Positions 25,038-33,359 of a stretch of 36,613 bases of DNA are shown one piece after another; position 1 is the stretch's first letter; the number at the start of each line of letters is the position of its first letter. The notes under the pieces were generated by a model that was not told the DNA's origin, did no database searches, and was given only the letters and a program-made list of their open reading frames with translations. Location: positions 1 through 36,613 of IMG/VR virus record IMGVR_UViG_3300050196_000132; one strand, given 5' to 3'. Origin of the DNA: a virus (Duplodnaviria > Caudoviricetes). The position numbers and the translations under genes are program-made.

Positions 25038-26519
25038 ATGGCAGCAGCTATTCCCGCTTCGGACATTGTCAACATCCTGCCGGGCGTCGTTTCGGTGGGC
25101 GGCAACGGGCTGGCGACGGTCGGCAATCTCCTGACAAACAGCGTTCGCGCGCCCTATGGCGCGGTCTTGTCGTTCAACTCGGCGGCGGCGGTTGCTTCGT
25201 ATTTTGGCGCGGGCAGCGCCGAGGCCAACGCGGCGGCGATTTATTTTAGCGGCTTCCTTGGCTCGACTACTAAACCGGCCGTCCTACGGTTTGCGGCCTA
25301 CGCGACCGCCGCGCGTGCGGCGTGGCTGCGCGGCGCAAATATGGGCCTGACGCTATCCCAATTGCAGGCGCTGACCGGCACGTTGACAATTACTGTTGCG
25401 GGCACGGCGCTGACTAGCAGCGCAATCAACCTTTCGTCGGCTACGTCGTTCAGCAACGCGGCGTCGATTATGCAAGCCGCCTTTACGACGCCCGCGTTTA
25501 CAATCACCTACGACAGCGTGTCGGGGGGCTTTCTCGTCACTTCGAACGCAACCGGGGCGGTTGCCATTCTTTACGCAACGGGCACGCTGTCGGCGGCTTT
25601 GGGGCTTACGCTGGCGTCTGGCGGCACCTTGTCGCAAGGCGTGGTTGCGGATACCCCGGCAACCGCCATGGCGGCTATTGTGGCCCAAACGCAAAATTGG
25701 GTTGCGTTTACGACTTTGTGGGCCGCGTCGGGTTCTGACATTGTGGCTTTTGCCGCGTGGAACAATACCCAGAACAACCGGTATCTTTATGTCGGATGGA
25801 CTTCGGACGCGACCGCCTATTCGAACCCCGACACGTCGTCGCCCGCGTATACGATTGCGCAGGCGGGCTATTCGGGGACGTGCCTTTATTGGGCGCCAAG
25901 CTACGACAAAGCCGTCTTTATGCTCGGCTATATCGCGTCGCTTAATTTCGCGCAGTCTGGCGGTCGCTCGGTCGCCGCGTTCCGTTCGGGCGCGGGCCTA
26001 GCCGCCGACGTGACAAACCAAACGATTGCCGACCAACTCGTTACCAACGGGTACACTTTTTACGGCGCGTGGGCGACCGCGGCGCAGCAATTTACGTTCG
26101 CGTATAGTGGCCAAGTTTCCGGCCCGTTCAAATGGGTCGATAGCTATATCAACCAAATTTGGATGAATAACGCGTTCCAGCTTTCACTTATGAATTTGCT
26201 GACGACCGTCGGCCTAATTCCGTACAATGCCGATGGTTATGAATTGATCCAGTCGTCTTTGCTGTCGGATATTAGCAACGCCGTGTCGTTCGGGGCTATC
26301 CGAACGGGCTTGGTGCTGACCGAGGCGCAAAAGTCTTACGCCGCGTCACTGGCCGGGCAGGACGTGTCGGACACGCTGTTTACGCGCGGTTGGTACTTGG
26401 CGGTTCTCGACCCCGGCGCTTCGGCCCGCGCGGCTCGTACGACCCCGCTGTGCTATTTTCTTTATACCGACGGCGGTTCCGTACAGAAAATCAACCTTAA
26501 CAGCTTGATGGTGCAGTAA
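25038..26519 (+). CDS. Tail sheath protein (DUF3383)
   Basis: IPAS.IV.I.PGV, V..YFG..S.E, QNW..F, IPYN.DG, YTDGGSVQ. Confidence 0.9.
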   Translation: MAAAIPASDIVNILPGVVSVGGNGLATVGNLLTNSVRAPYGAVLSFNSAAAVASYFGAGSAEANAAAIYFSGFLGSTTKPAVLRFAAYATAARAAWLRGANMGLTLSQLQALTGTLTITVAGTALTSSAINLSSATSFSNAASIMQAAFTTPAFTITYDSVSGGFLVTSNATGAVAILYATGTLSAALGLTLASGGTLSQGVVADTPATAMAAIVAQTQNWVAFTTLWAASGSDIVAFAAWNNTQNNRYLYVGWTSDATAYSNPDTSSPAYTIAQAGYSGTCLYWAPSYDKAVFMLGYIASLNFAQSGGRSVAAFRSGAGLAADVTNQTIADQLVTNGYTFYGAWATAAQQFTFAYSGQVSGPFKWVDSYINQIWMNNAFQLSLMNLLTTVGLIPYNADGYELIQSSLLSDISNAVSFGAIRTGLVLTEAQKSYAASLAGQDVSDTLFTRGWYLAVLDPGASARAARTTPLCYFLYTDGGSVQKINLNSLMVQ

Positions 26520-26521
26520 TC

Positions 26522-26962
26522 ATGGCAAACACGCGCACGCTTACCTCCGCAAACGCGGTTCTCACCCTCGGCGTTAAAGGGCTTTTCGACACGCCTCGCC
26601 GTTTGCAGGGCTTTTCTGCGGACGACGTCACGGACGTTGACCCCCTGACTAACGGCGAGGCGACCATGGGCGTCGACGGGCGACTGTCGGCGGGCTATGT
26701 TTTCAACCCTCAGAACCAAGCGATTGTGCTGCAGGCCGATAGCGTCTCTAACGACTTTTTTGACCAGTGGCAGGCAGCGGAACGGCTTGCGCGCGAAAAG
26801 TACGAAGCGTTTGGCACGATTTTACTGCCTTCGACCAACAAGCGATATGTGCTGACGCGCGGGTTCCTGATGCAAGTTTCGATTGTGCCGGGCATACGCA
26901 AGACGCTGCAATCCCGCCGGTTTCAATTGACTTGGGAAAAGGTCGAACCCGGCCCCGCGTAA
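26522..26962 (+). CDS. Tail tube protein
   Basis: TLTSAN, LQGF.ADD, MGVDG.LSAG, LQADS.S; follows the sheath. Confidence 0.82.
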   Translation: MANTRTLTSANAVLTLGVKGLFDTPRRLQGFSADDVTDVDPLTNGEATMGVDGRLSAGYVFNPQNQAIVLQADSVSNDFFDQWQAAERLAREKYEAFGTILLPSTNKRYVLTRGFLMQVSIVPGIRKTLQSRRFQLTWEKVEPGPA

Positions 26963-26975
26963 AGGAAGCCCTTAA

Positions 26976-27464
26976 ATGCGAAAGACGAAAACCGTCACAA
27001 TCCAACCGACCCAGGGGCGTGAAAACCGAGACGCGGGCAAAACGTTTTTCCTGACCGAAATGTCGGCCGTGCGGCTCGAAAAATGGTCGCAGCGGGCCTT
27101 GCTGGCGCTGGCAAACAGCGGCCTAGACATTCCACCCGAAGTGCTGCGCATGGGTGCGGGCGCGGTCGTGGCTGCCGGTATGCGGGCCTTGCTCGGCGTA
27201 TCGTTTGCCGAGGCCGAGCCGTTGCTCGACGAAATGCTGCAAAGCGTGCAATTCGTGCCGGATGTAAGGCGGCCGGAAGTACTGCGCGCATTTGACCCCG
27301 AAGATATTGAGGAAGTTTCGACGCTCTTTACCTTGCGATCCGAGGTTATCGAACTTCACGTGGGTTTTTCAATTGCCGGCTACCTCTCGACTTTGGGGCA
27401 GTCGGCGACCGGCAAGAGCCCGAATACGCCGAATACCCAAACGTCGCCCCCACAATCGGCGTAA
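26976..27464 (+). CDS. Tail assembly chaperone (gpG-like)
   Basis: Lies between tube and tape measure. RD.GK.F.LTEM, DIEEV.TL..LR...LH.GF. Confidence 0.78.
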   Translation: MRKTKTVTIQPTQGRENRDAGKTFFLTEMSAVRLEKWSQRALLALANSGLDIPPEVLRMGAGAVVAAGMRALLGVSFAEAEPLLDEMLQSVQFVPDVRRPEVLRAFDPEDIEEVSTLFTLRSEVIELHVGFSIAGYLSTLGQSATGKSPNTPNTQTSPPQSA

Positions 27465-27601
27465 TCGTCAGTCGGGGCCTTGCGACGCTCCACGAACTCG
27501 ACTCGATTTATGGGCTTGAAGCGGCCTACGATCTACTGGAAATAATTCAGGTCGACGCGTACAACGAGCGCTTGGCGCAAAAGGCGTTCGAGAGAGAATA
27601 G
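27362..27601 (+). CDS. -1 frameshift extension of the tail chaperone (gpGT-like)
   Basis: Slippery G GGT TTT at 27362-27368. The -1 frame is open for 77 codons to TAG 27601 (LATLHELDSIYGLEAAYDLLEIIQVDAYN). Confidence 0.78.
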   Translation, partial: GFFNCRLPLDFGAVGDRQEPEYAEYPNVAPTIGVIVSRGLATLHELDSIYGLEAAYDLLEIIQVDAYNERLAQKAFERE

Positions 27602-27609
27602 GACGAGCC

Positions 27610-29307
27610 ATGGCCGACATTATTGACGCTTTTGTCGTGACCCTCGGTCTAGACCCAACGGCCTATAACCGCCAAATCCGCGAGTTTCGCGATACGCAAA
27701 AGCGCTTGCGGGACCAAGAGGCCAAGGATACCCGCGCGCAGGAAGACGGGCAAAAGCGGCTCCTGTTCGGCATGAAAGAACTGCGGAACGAGACGGCCGG
27801 TTTCCTTTTCATGCTGGCCGGTGCGAACGGCATTAAAGACTTCGTGTCAAATATCGTATCGGGCGACGCGGCAACCGGTCGACTGGCCGCGAATATGGGC
27901 ATGGCTACCAGAAATCTTGCGGTATGGCAGGCCGCCCTTGGCCAAGTGGGTGGCACGGCGCAAGACGCGACCCAAGCCTTGCAGACCCTGACGACGCTTT
28001 ATCAAAACTATCAGCTTGGGCAGGCCAACCCGCAGCAGTTGGCGGGAATGCAAGGCCTTGGAATTACGGACATTAGCGACCCCGAAAAGGTGCTGATGAA
28101 AATGGCCGCCGCGTCGCAACGTATGTCCCGGCCTGAATTTACGGCGCGTATGTCGATGCTTGGTATCAACCAAAATATGACCACCCTGCTTGCCCAAGGG
28201 CCGGGCAAGGTGGGCGGCATTTTGGAAGAAATGCGCAAAATTGGCGTAACGACGGACGAAGACGCCAAGGCCGCCCAAGCATTTGACGCCGCGCTGAATA
28301 AGATCGGGGTATCTCTAAAATCGGTTTTTCGTCCTGAAATCGAGAAAGTTGGGGGCGCTACGGCTACCTGGTTAGGGGACCAAAAAAACCTAAATCTTGC
28401 TATGGACGCGGGGGCCGGGCTCTTAGGGGCTTTCGCGGTAGCGGCTGTGGCCGCGTCTTGGGAAATCCTGTTGGTCGCGGGGGCGATTACGGCGGTCATT
28501 GGCGCGTATCGCGAGCTAAAAGCCCAGACGCCCGAAGCGCTCGCTAAGGACAAAAAAGATCGACTGCAAAAAGCGCAACTGACCCCAGACCAAGCTAAAC
28601 AAATTTACGGCGCTTTTGGGGGCGGGGGAGATGGGGAGGAGCGGTTTAATGGAGCGCTCCGCTGGGTAGCCGACCGCGCCGTGGACGCGTGGGGCTACGT
28701 GACGGGTTCCGGCGGTGCGCCCAGCTCGTCGAGCGCACCTCCGGCCAACGCCAAGACGCTGCAGACCGGCGGAGGCGGAAAAGCCGTTGCGCTCGACGGC
28801 AATAACCCTGGCGGGATTATGGACGGGCAATTTGCTCGTTCCCAACCGGGGTATGTCGGCGCAAACGGCAAGTTCGCGGCGTTCTCCTCGCTCGCGGCGG
28901 GCGAAGCGGCACAGCAAGCGCTTTTGCGGTCTTACGTGCGGCGGGGGATTGATACCCCGCTAGCCATCGCCCGGCGGTGGGCCCCACGAAAGGACGGAAA
29001 TAACCCGGAGTCATACGCGGCGGGAATTGCAAGCCGTATGGGAATCGGGGTAAACGACCGTATCACCCCGCAGGCAATTAATGCTTTCCAGCGGTCGCAG
29101 GCTTTCGGGGAAAACGCGGCGTACGGTAAATTGCGCGGAATGACCGCCTCGCCGCGTGCCGGTGGAGGTTCTGTGAATCAAACGACAACCGTCGGGACAA
29201 TCGTCATTAACACCGCGGCGACTTACGCAAACGAGATTGCCCGCGATATCCGCGGGGCGATGGCCAAGCGGGGGCTCGTCGTTCAGGCCAACCCCGGCTT
29301 GCAATAG
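27610..29307 (+). CDS. Tape measure protein with a C-terminal lysozyme-like domain
   Basis: IID..V.LGLD start and helical Ala-rich body. C-terminal NNPG.I...FA.F...G...LL.SY...RWAP..DGNN..SY. Confidence 0.82.
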   Translation: MADIIDAFVVTLGLDPTAYNRQIREFRDTQKRLRDQEAKDTRAQEDGQKRLLFGMKELRNETAGFLFMLAGANGIKDFVSNIVSGDAATGRLAANMGMATRNLAVWQAALGQVGGTAQDATQALQTLTTLYQNYQLGQANPQQLAGMQGLGITDISDPEKVLMKMAAASQRMSRPEFTARMSMLGINQNMTTLLAQGPGKVGGILEEMRKIGVTTDEDAKAAQAFDAALNKIGVSLKSVFRPEIEKVGGATATWLGDQKNLNLAMDAGAGLLGAFAVAAVAASWEILLVAGAITAVIGAYRELKAQTPEALAKDKKDRLQKAQLTPDQAKQIYGAFGGGGDGEERFNGALRWVADRAVDAWGYVTGSGGAPSSSSAPPANAKTLQTGGGGKAVALDGNNPGGIMDGQFARSQPGYVGANGKFAAFSSLAAGEAAQQALLRSYVRRGIDTPLAIARRWAPRKDGNNPESYAAGIASRMGIGVNDRITPQAINAFQRSQAFGENAAYGKLRGMTASPRAGGGSVNQTTTVGTIVINTAATYANEIARDIRGAMAKRGLVVQANPGLQ

Positions 29308-29330
29308 GTCCGTGCCGACGGGCCCGCCAA

Positions 29331-29381
29331 ATTGACCGCCTCGTCAATACCCTATCGCACTATTTTTTGCCGTGGTATGCC
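29331..29381 (+). promoter_or_regulatory. Palindrome site F with the rightward late-type cassette
   Basis: ATTGAC-cgcctc-GTCAATA. 29343-29377 matches 18651-18685 at 32 of 35 positions. Confidence 0.72.
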
Positions 29382-29386
29382 AAGTC

Positions 29387-30319
29387 ATGACCGCGCAATT
29401 CCCTAACGTGCCAGACGCCCCCGGCGTGCCCGCCGTGGCCCGCGCCGACGCGATTTTGCGCTTGGCCAGTAGTTCGACGGGCGTTGCGCTGACCTCGGTT
29501 AGTTCGGCGGTCGGGGCGATTACGAGCGGCGATTATGTTTCGGCGGCGGCCAGCCTTTTAGCGGGCGCGGCGGCGGCTTCCTCGTCGGCAGCTACAGTTA
29601 GTGCGGCGGTCGGCGGGGCCTTGGCCCTTGGTTCGGACCTAACGGGCGCGGCGGCGGGTGCACAGGGCGCTTGGCAGGCTTTGCAGTCGGGTGACGTTCT
29701 AGGCGCGCTGCGTCAAGCAAGCGGCGCGGTCGACCGGCTTAAAAGCGCCGCCGCCACTATCCAAAACCTTCTGAACCCGCTGACGCCGGCCGCTGTTACG
29801 GGCAGCGGGGTTCGGGCAAATGCGGAAATTGCGGCCAAGTGGGGGATTTACGATGCGGCTGGGGCGGCCCTCGCCACGTTTGATAATATCGTGGCCGTTG
29901 AAGTCGACTTAGAGGCGCAAATTTCTGATTATGTCGTCGAGCAAGGCGGCTTCGCCAGCTACAACAAAGTCGTTCGGCCGTTCGACGTGCACGTTATCGC
30001 AACAAAAGGCGGCTCGGTCGAAGACCGGCAAGACGTTATCGGTGCGGTGCAATCTGCGTGGGCGTCAACCGGCCTATATAACGTGGTGACGCCCGAGTCG
30101 GTCTATCTGAACGTCAACGTAACCTCTATGCGCCGGTCGGCCGCCGCTGACCGAGGCGGCGGGCTCTTAACGTTGGAGATCGGCTTGCGGAACGTGCGGC
30201 AAACAGCGTCTTCGGCATTTATCAAAACAAAAAGCCCTGCCGGTTCCGCGACGACCCAAAAAGGCAGTTTGCAGGCAGCCGCGACGACAGGCGACGGCGG
30301 GGCGGGAGCAACGCGGTGA
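29387..30319 (+). CDS. Dit-like baseplate/tube-initiator protein with an Ala-rich insertion
   Basis: FPNVP..PGVP.V.R, WGIYD, ISDY.VE.G.FASYNKV..P, VVTPE. Confidence 0.75.
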   Translation: MTAQFPNVPDAPGVPAVARADAILRLASSSTGVALTSVSSAVGAITSGDYVSAAASLLAGAAAASSSAATVSAAVGGALALGSDLTGAAAGAQGAWQALQSGDVLGALRQASGAVDRLKSAAATIQNLLNPLTPAAVTGSGVRANAEIAAKWGIYDAAGAALATFDNIVAVEVDLEAQISDYVVEQGGFASYNKVVRPFDVHVIATKGGSVEDRQDVIGAVQSAWASTGLYNVVTPESVYLNVNVTSMRRSAAADRGGGLLTLEIGLRNVRQTASSAFIKTKSPAGSATTQKGSLQAAATTGDGGAGATR

Positions 30320-30615
30320 CGACGTTTATTATTCCTTTGTCGGCGGACCCGTCGCAAACCCTGACCGTGCAGCTCGGCCAGCAGGCTTGCCGCCTCGTCG
30401 TTCGCCAGCGCCGCACGGGGATTTTTGTCGATCTCTATCTGAACGACTCGCCGATTGCGCTCGGGATGAAGGCCTGCAACCTGGTGCGGCTTGTGCGGGC
30501 GAAATATTTGGGCTTTATCGGCGACTTGTTTTTTACCGACACCCAAGGCACCGCCGACCCCTTTTATACGGGCCTCGGCACGCGCTTTCAATTCTTTTGG
30601 TCGGATTCGCTATGA
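30316..30615 (+). CDS. Small baseplate (plug-like) protein
   Basis: IPL...PSQ...V.LG.Q, F.GDL.F.DTQG..DP.Y.GLG.RF. Confidence 0.75.
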   Translation: MTTFIIPLSADPSQTLTVQLGQQACRLVVRQRRTGIFVDLYLNDSPIALGMKACNLVRLVRAKYLGFIGDLFFTDTQGTADPFYTGLGTRFQFFWSDSL

Positions 30616-31502
30616 CTCTAGACCGGCGAACGCTCACCGCGGTTTTTACTCTCGGGACGGGGGATTTTGGCGAAGGCGGCGAAAATACGGTCGAACTGAC
30701 CGGTTACCGTATGTCGGCCAATATTCAAATGCCCGGCGGGGTCAATATGACGACCTTGGACTTGCGCATTTGGGGAATGCCGCTCGACGTTATGCAAAAA
30801 CTGACCGTCCTGAATATTCTAGCATTCGGGCAGGCGCGGCGGAACGTCATAACCTTACTTGCCGCAAGCGAAGGCACAACGCCGACCGTCGTTTTTTCAG
30901 GGACCCTACTAGAGGCATGGGCCGACGCCAGCGCCCCGCCAGACATGCTTTTCGTCGTCTCGGCGCAGACTGGGGGTTTTGATTCTTTTAAACCCGTGCC
31001 GCCCACTAGCTATTCAGGCTCGGTCGATATGCCAACTATATTGGCGGGCATTGGGCGGCTTATGGAGCCAGCGCGGGCAGTAGAAAATAATGGCGTGACG
31101 GCGGTATTTGACAACGTTTACTTGCCGGGGACTCCTATCCAGCAAATTCGTAAAGCCTGCCGAATGGCCGATTGCGAATACATAATAACCGACAGCGCGA
31201 TAGCTATTTGGCCGCGGGGTTCAAAACGGGGGGGTTCGACTTTATTCGTCTCGCCGGAAACCGGACTGGTCGGCTATCCTAGATTTTCGCAATCTGGGTT
31301 GGCCTTTCGTCTCCTATTTACCCCCGCGCTTATTTTCGGGCAGCAAGTAGAGGTAAGCAGCGTTTTAGGCGCGGCTTGCGGCTCTTGGAAAGTGGCCGCC
31401 CTCAGTCACACCCTCGAAGCCGAATTACCCGGGGGCGGATGGTTTACCGACGTTGAGTGCGGGCTTTGGGGCTATTTATCGCCCATAATTACGAAAGTGT
31501 AA
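30612..31502 (+). CDS. Baseplate hub protein
   Basis: L.IWGM, VF.GT...AW.D, SP.TGLVGYP, H.LE...PGG.WF; ATGA overlap. Confidence 0.78.
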   Translation: MTLDRRTLTAVFTLGTGDFGEGGENTVELTGYRMSANIQMPGGVNMTTLDLRIWGMPLDVMQKLTVLNILAFGQARRNVITLLAASEGTTPTVVFSGTLLEAWADASAPPDMLFVVSAQTGGFDSFKPVPPTSYSGSVDMPTILAGIGRLMEPARAVENNGVTAVFDNVYLPGTPIQQIRKACRMADCEYIITDSAIAIWPRGSKRGGSTLFVSPETGLVGYPRFSQSGLAFRLLFTPALIFGQQVEVSSVLGAACGSWKVAALSHTLEAELPGGGWFTDVECGLWGYLSPIITKV

Positions 31503-31505
31503 CTG

Positions 31506-32135
31506 ATGTTCAATTCGGGCGCCTATGTTGGCCAAGCGAGCCTTGCGGACGTCGGCAGCGAGTTTGCCCGCCTGTCCTTTTTGGTACGCGCAATCCAAGG
31601 GGAACAAGCGACCATGACGCTCGTCCAGATTAAGGCCGTGCGGGCCATCGGCGGCGCCTATGAAGTGGACGTGCAGCCGATGGTCCATCAAATCGACGGG
31701 GCGGGCAATGCCGTGCCGCACGGAGTAGTTAACGGCCTGCCCATTTGGCGGCTGCAGGGTGGCGACTCGGCGGTTATTGTCAAACCCGTCGTCGGCGACA
31801 TTGGGCTGGCCCTTTTTGCGCAGTCGGATATTTCCGGCGTTAAGCGCGCCAAAAAACCGACGACGCCGGGCAGCGCGCGCAAATTCGATTGGGCCGACGG
31901 GGTCTATATGGGCGGGGTGCTTAACGCCGCGCCATCGCAAAAAATTGTCATGGACGAAACGGGCATTACGATGACGCCCGCCAGCGGCACGCGCGTAAAA
32001 ATTGACGGCAAACTAGAGGTTGCGGGCGAAGTCGTAGCGACCGGCGAAGGCACGTTTAACAGCCACACAGTCGGCAACCACAAGCACGGCGGCGTCACCG
32101 CCGGAACGGGCATTAGCGGCTTGCCGACGGGCTAG
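31506..32135 (+). CDS. Baseplate central spike (Gp138-type)
   Basis: VDVQP, P.VGD.GL..F...DIS, R.FD..DG, C-terminal metal-binding HKH. Confidence 0.85.
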   Translation: MFNSGAYVGQASLADVGSEFARLSFLVRAIQGEQATMTLVQIKAVRAIGGAYEVDVQPMVHQIDGAGNAVPHGVVNGLPIWRLQGGDSAVIVKPVVGDIGLALFAQSDISGVKRAKKPTTPGSARKFDWADGVYMGGVLNAAPSQKIVMDETGITMTPASGTRVKIDGKLEVAGEVVATGEGTFNSHTVGNHKHGGVTAGTGISGLPTG

Positions 32136-33283
32136 TCGATTATCTCCATCACGCTTTCGACGAAGGTTTGGGCGACCGGCGCGACGAGCGCGTTACCATA
32201 CCCGCGCAAAGCCCCCACACGATTGGAAGCCCCATTAGCCAACGGGAATGTTCGGGGTTCAACTGGCCTCCACTTTCCATCCCGGCAAAAGAGCCAGTCA
32301 GAATTTGCCCATTCGACGTTATACGGGCGGGGCCAGTCGTTTTTGCCATGACCGCCAAGCTCGTTATCGCCGTTCGGTTTGCCCCCGTGCCGTCCCGTTC
32401 GCCCATGCGCGTTTTCATCGCTAAGTGGGCTTCCGGTGTTTTCCCGTCGTCCTTGGCTACCGGAGTCGGCCACCCAGCTAGAGGCGCACAGCCCGGTAGC
32501 CTGTCCGTCCCTTGCGAGGGTCCGCCGTTCGGCCCGTCCTGTTGGCAGGGCGTGGGCCAACCCGTTAATTGGGCCACCACGTCCAGCCGGTCCGTCGAAA
32601 TCTTGCCGTTCCGTACCCGGCCGCCCTCGTAACCCCCTTTGGAATCCGTAGTCGTGGGCGTCGGCCAGCCCGCAGACACCGCTTCTCGCACTAGGCACGC
32701 GCAACCGTGTTTCGTCCCGTGGATTGCCTTCTGGCCCGCCGAACGACCCGTCGTGTCGTGCGCTTGCGGTGTCGTCCAACCCTTTAATTCCGACCCAATA
32801 AGAGCGCTGGCGGATATGCGGAGCCCCGACGCCCGCTGCGCAGATATCAAGCGCCCCGAAGGCATAGTCCGAGTTTTCCAAATCAGCCGATACAGTATCG
32901 AGCCAAGCGAGGCCGTCCTTGCTTGATACCTGTTCGCCAAAAACGGCGTCAGGTCGGCAAGAGGCGATAAGCCAATGGAACGCGGGCCATAAATGTCTAG
33001 GGTCGTCAAACCCATTTCCTTTACCTGCCGCGCTGAAAGGTTGGCAGGGGCATGAACCCGTCCAGACGGGTCGGTCGTCGCTCCAACCGGCGGCGCGAAG
33101 GGCATGGCTCCAAACTCCTATTCCTGCGAAAAAGTGGCATTGCGTAAAGCCCGCAAGGTCGCCCGGCGTCACGTCTTCAATCGACCGACGGTCTACAAAC
33201 CCCGGCGCGATGGCCCCGACGTAAATCAGGTTTTCCAACCAATCGGCGGCAAACGGGTCAAATTCGTTGTAATAAGCGGTCAT
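32132..33283 (-). CDS. DNA cytosine-C5 methyltransferase, catalytic polypeptide
   Basis: FFAGIG (I), GSCPCQPFS (IV), GEQV (VI), PHIRQR (VIII), LRGYGNA (X). Confidence 0.9.
   Translation of the reverse strand: MTAYYNEFDPFAADWLENLIYVGAIAPGFVDRRSIEDVTPGDLAGFTQCHFFAGIGVWSHALRAAGWSDDRPVWTGSCPCQPFSAAGKGNGFDDPRHLWPAFHWLIASCRPDAVFGEQVSSKDGLAWLDTVSADLENSDYAFGALDICAAGVGAPHIRQRSYWVGIKGLDDTASARHDGSFGGPEGNPRDETRLRVPSARSGVCGLADAHDYGFQRGLRGRPGTERQDFDGPAGRGGPINGLAHALPTGRAERRTLARDGQATGLCASSWVADSGSQGRRENTGSPLSDENAHGRTGRHGGKPNGDNELGGHGKNDWPRPYNVEWANSDWLFCRDGKWRPVEPRTFPLANGASNRVGALRGYGNALVAPVAQTFVESVMEIID
32149..33105 (-). CDS. Overprinted second methyltransferase polypeptide (TRD-like repeats plus motif IX); true start uncertain
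   Basis: 318-codon alternative frame with four GW(P/T)TP repeats and GQLNPEHSRWLMGLP. Confidence 0.68.
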   Translation of the reverse strand: MPFAPPVGATTDPSGRVHAPANLSARQVKEMGLTTLDIYGPRSIGLSPLADLTPFLANRYQARTASLGSILYRLIWKTRTMPSGRLISAQRASGLRISASALIGSELKGWTTPQAHDTTGRSAGQKAIHGTKHGCACLVREAVSAGWPTPTTTDSKGGYEGGRVRNGKISTDRLDVVAQLTGWPTPCQQDGPNGGPSQGTDRLPGCAPLAGWPTPVAKDDGKTPEAHLAMKTRMGERDGTGANRTAITSLAVMAKTTGPARITSNGQILTGSFAGMESGGQLNPEHSRWLMGLPIVWGLCAGMVTRSSRRSPKPSSKA

Positions 33284-33289
33284 GCTCTT

Positions 33290-33352
33290 GGCCTAGCGGC
33301 TCTTGACGCGCCCGTCAATACCCTATCGTCCGTCCCAAGCGGCTGCTATACC
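33290..33352. promoter_or_regulatory. Palindrome site G, divergent promoter cassette
   Basis: TTGAC-gcgccc-GTCAATA at 33303-33320. Leftward TTGACG-17-TAGGCC ends 6 nt before the MTase ATG; rightward CCCTATCG...TGCTATACC. Confidence 0.75.
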
Positions 33353-33359
33353 CGCAAGC

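Noticed and set aside
32149-33105. Sequencing frameshift or pseudogene explanation for the MTase
   Set aside because: Both frames are uninterrupted, and motif X is in the same frame as motifs I-VIII. Two compensating errors would not explain the long double-open region.
1315-33320. Palindromes as CRISPR repeats, attC/att sites, IS ends or FNR boxes
   Set aside because: They are dispersed with no regular spacers, and no cas, integrase or transposase is present. FNR boxes are TTGAT-N4-ATCAA, which differs in arm and spacer.
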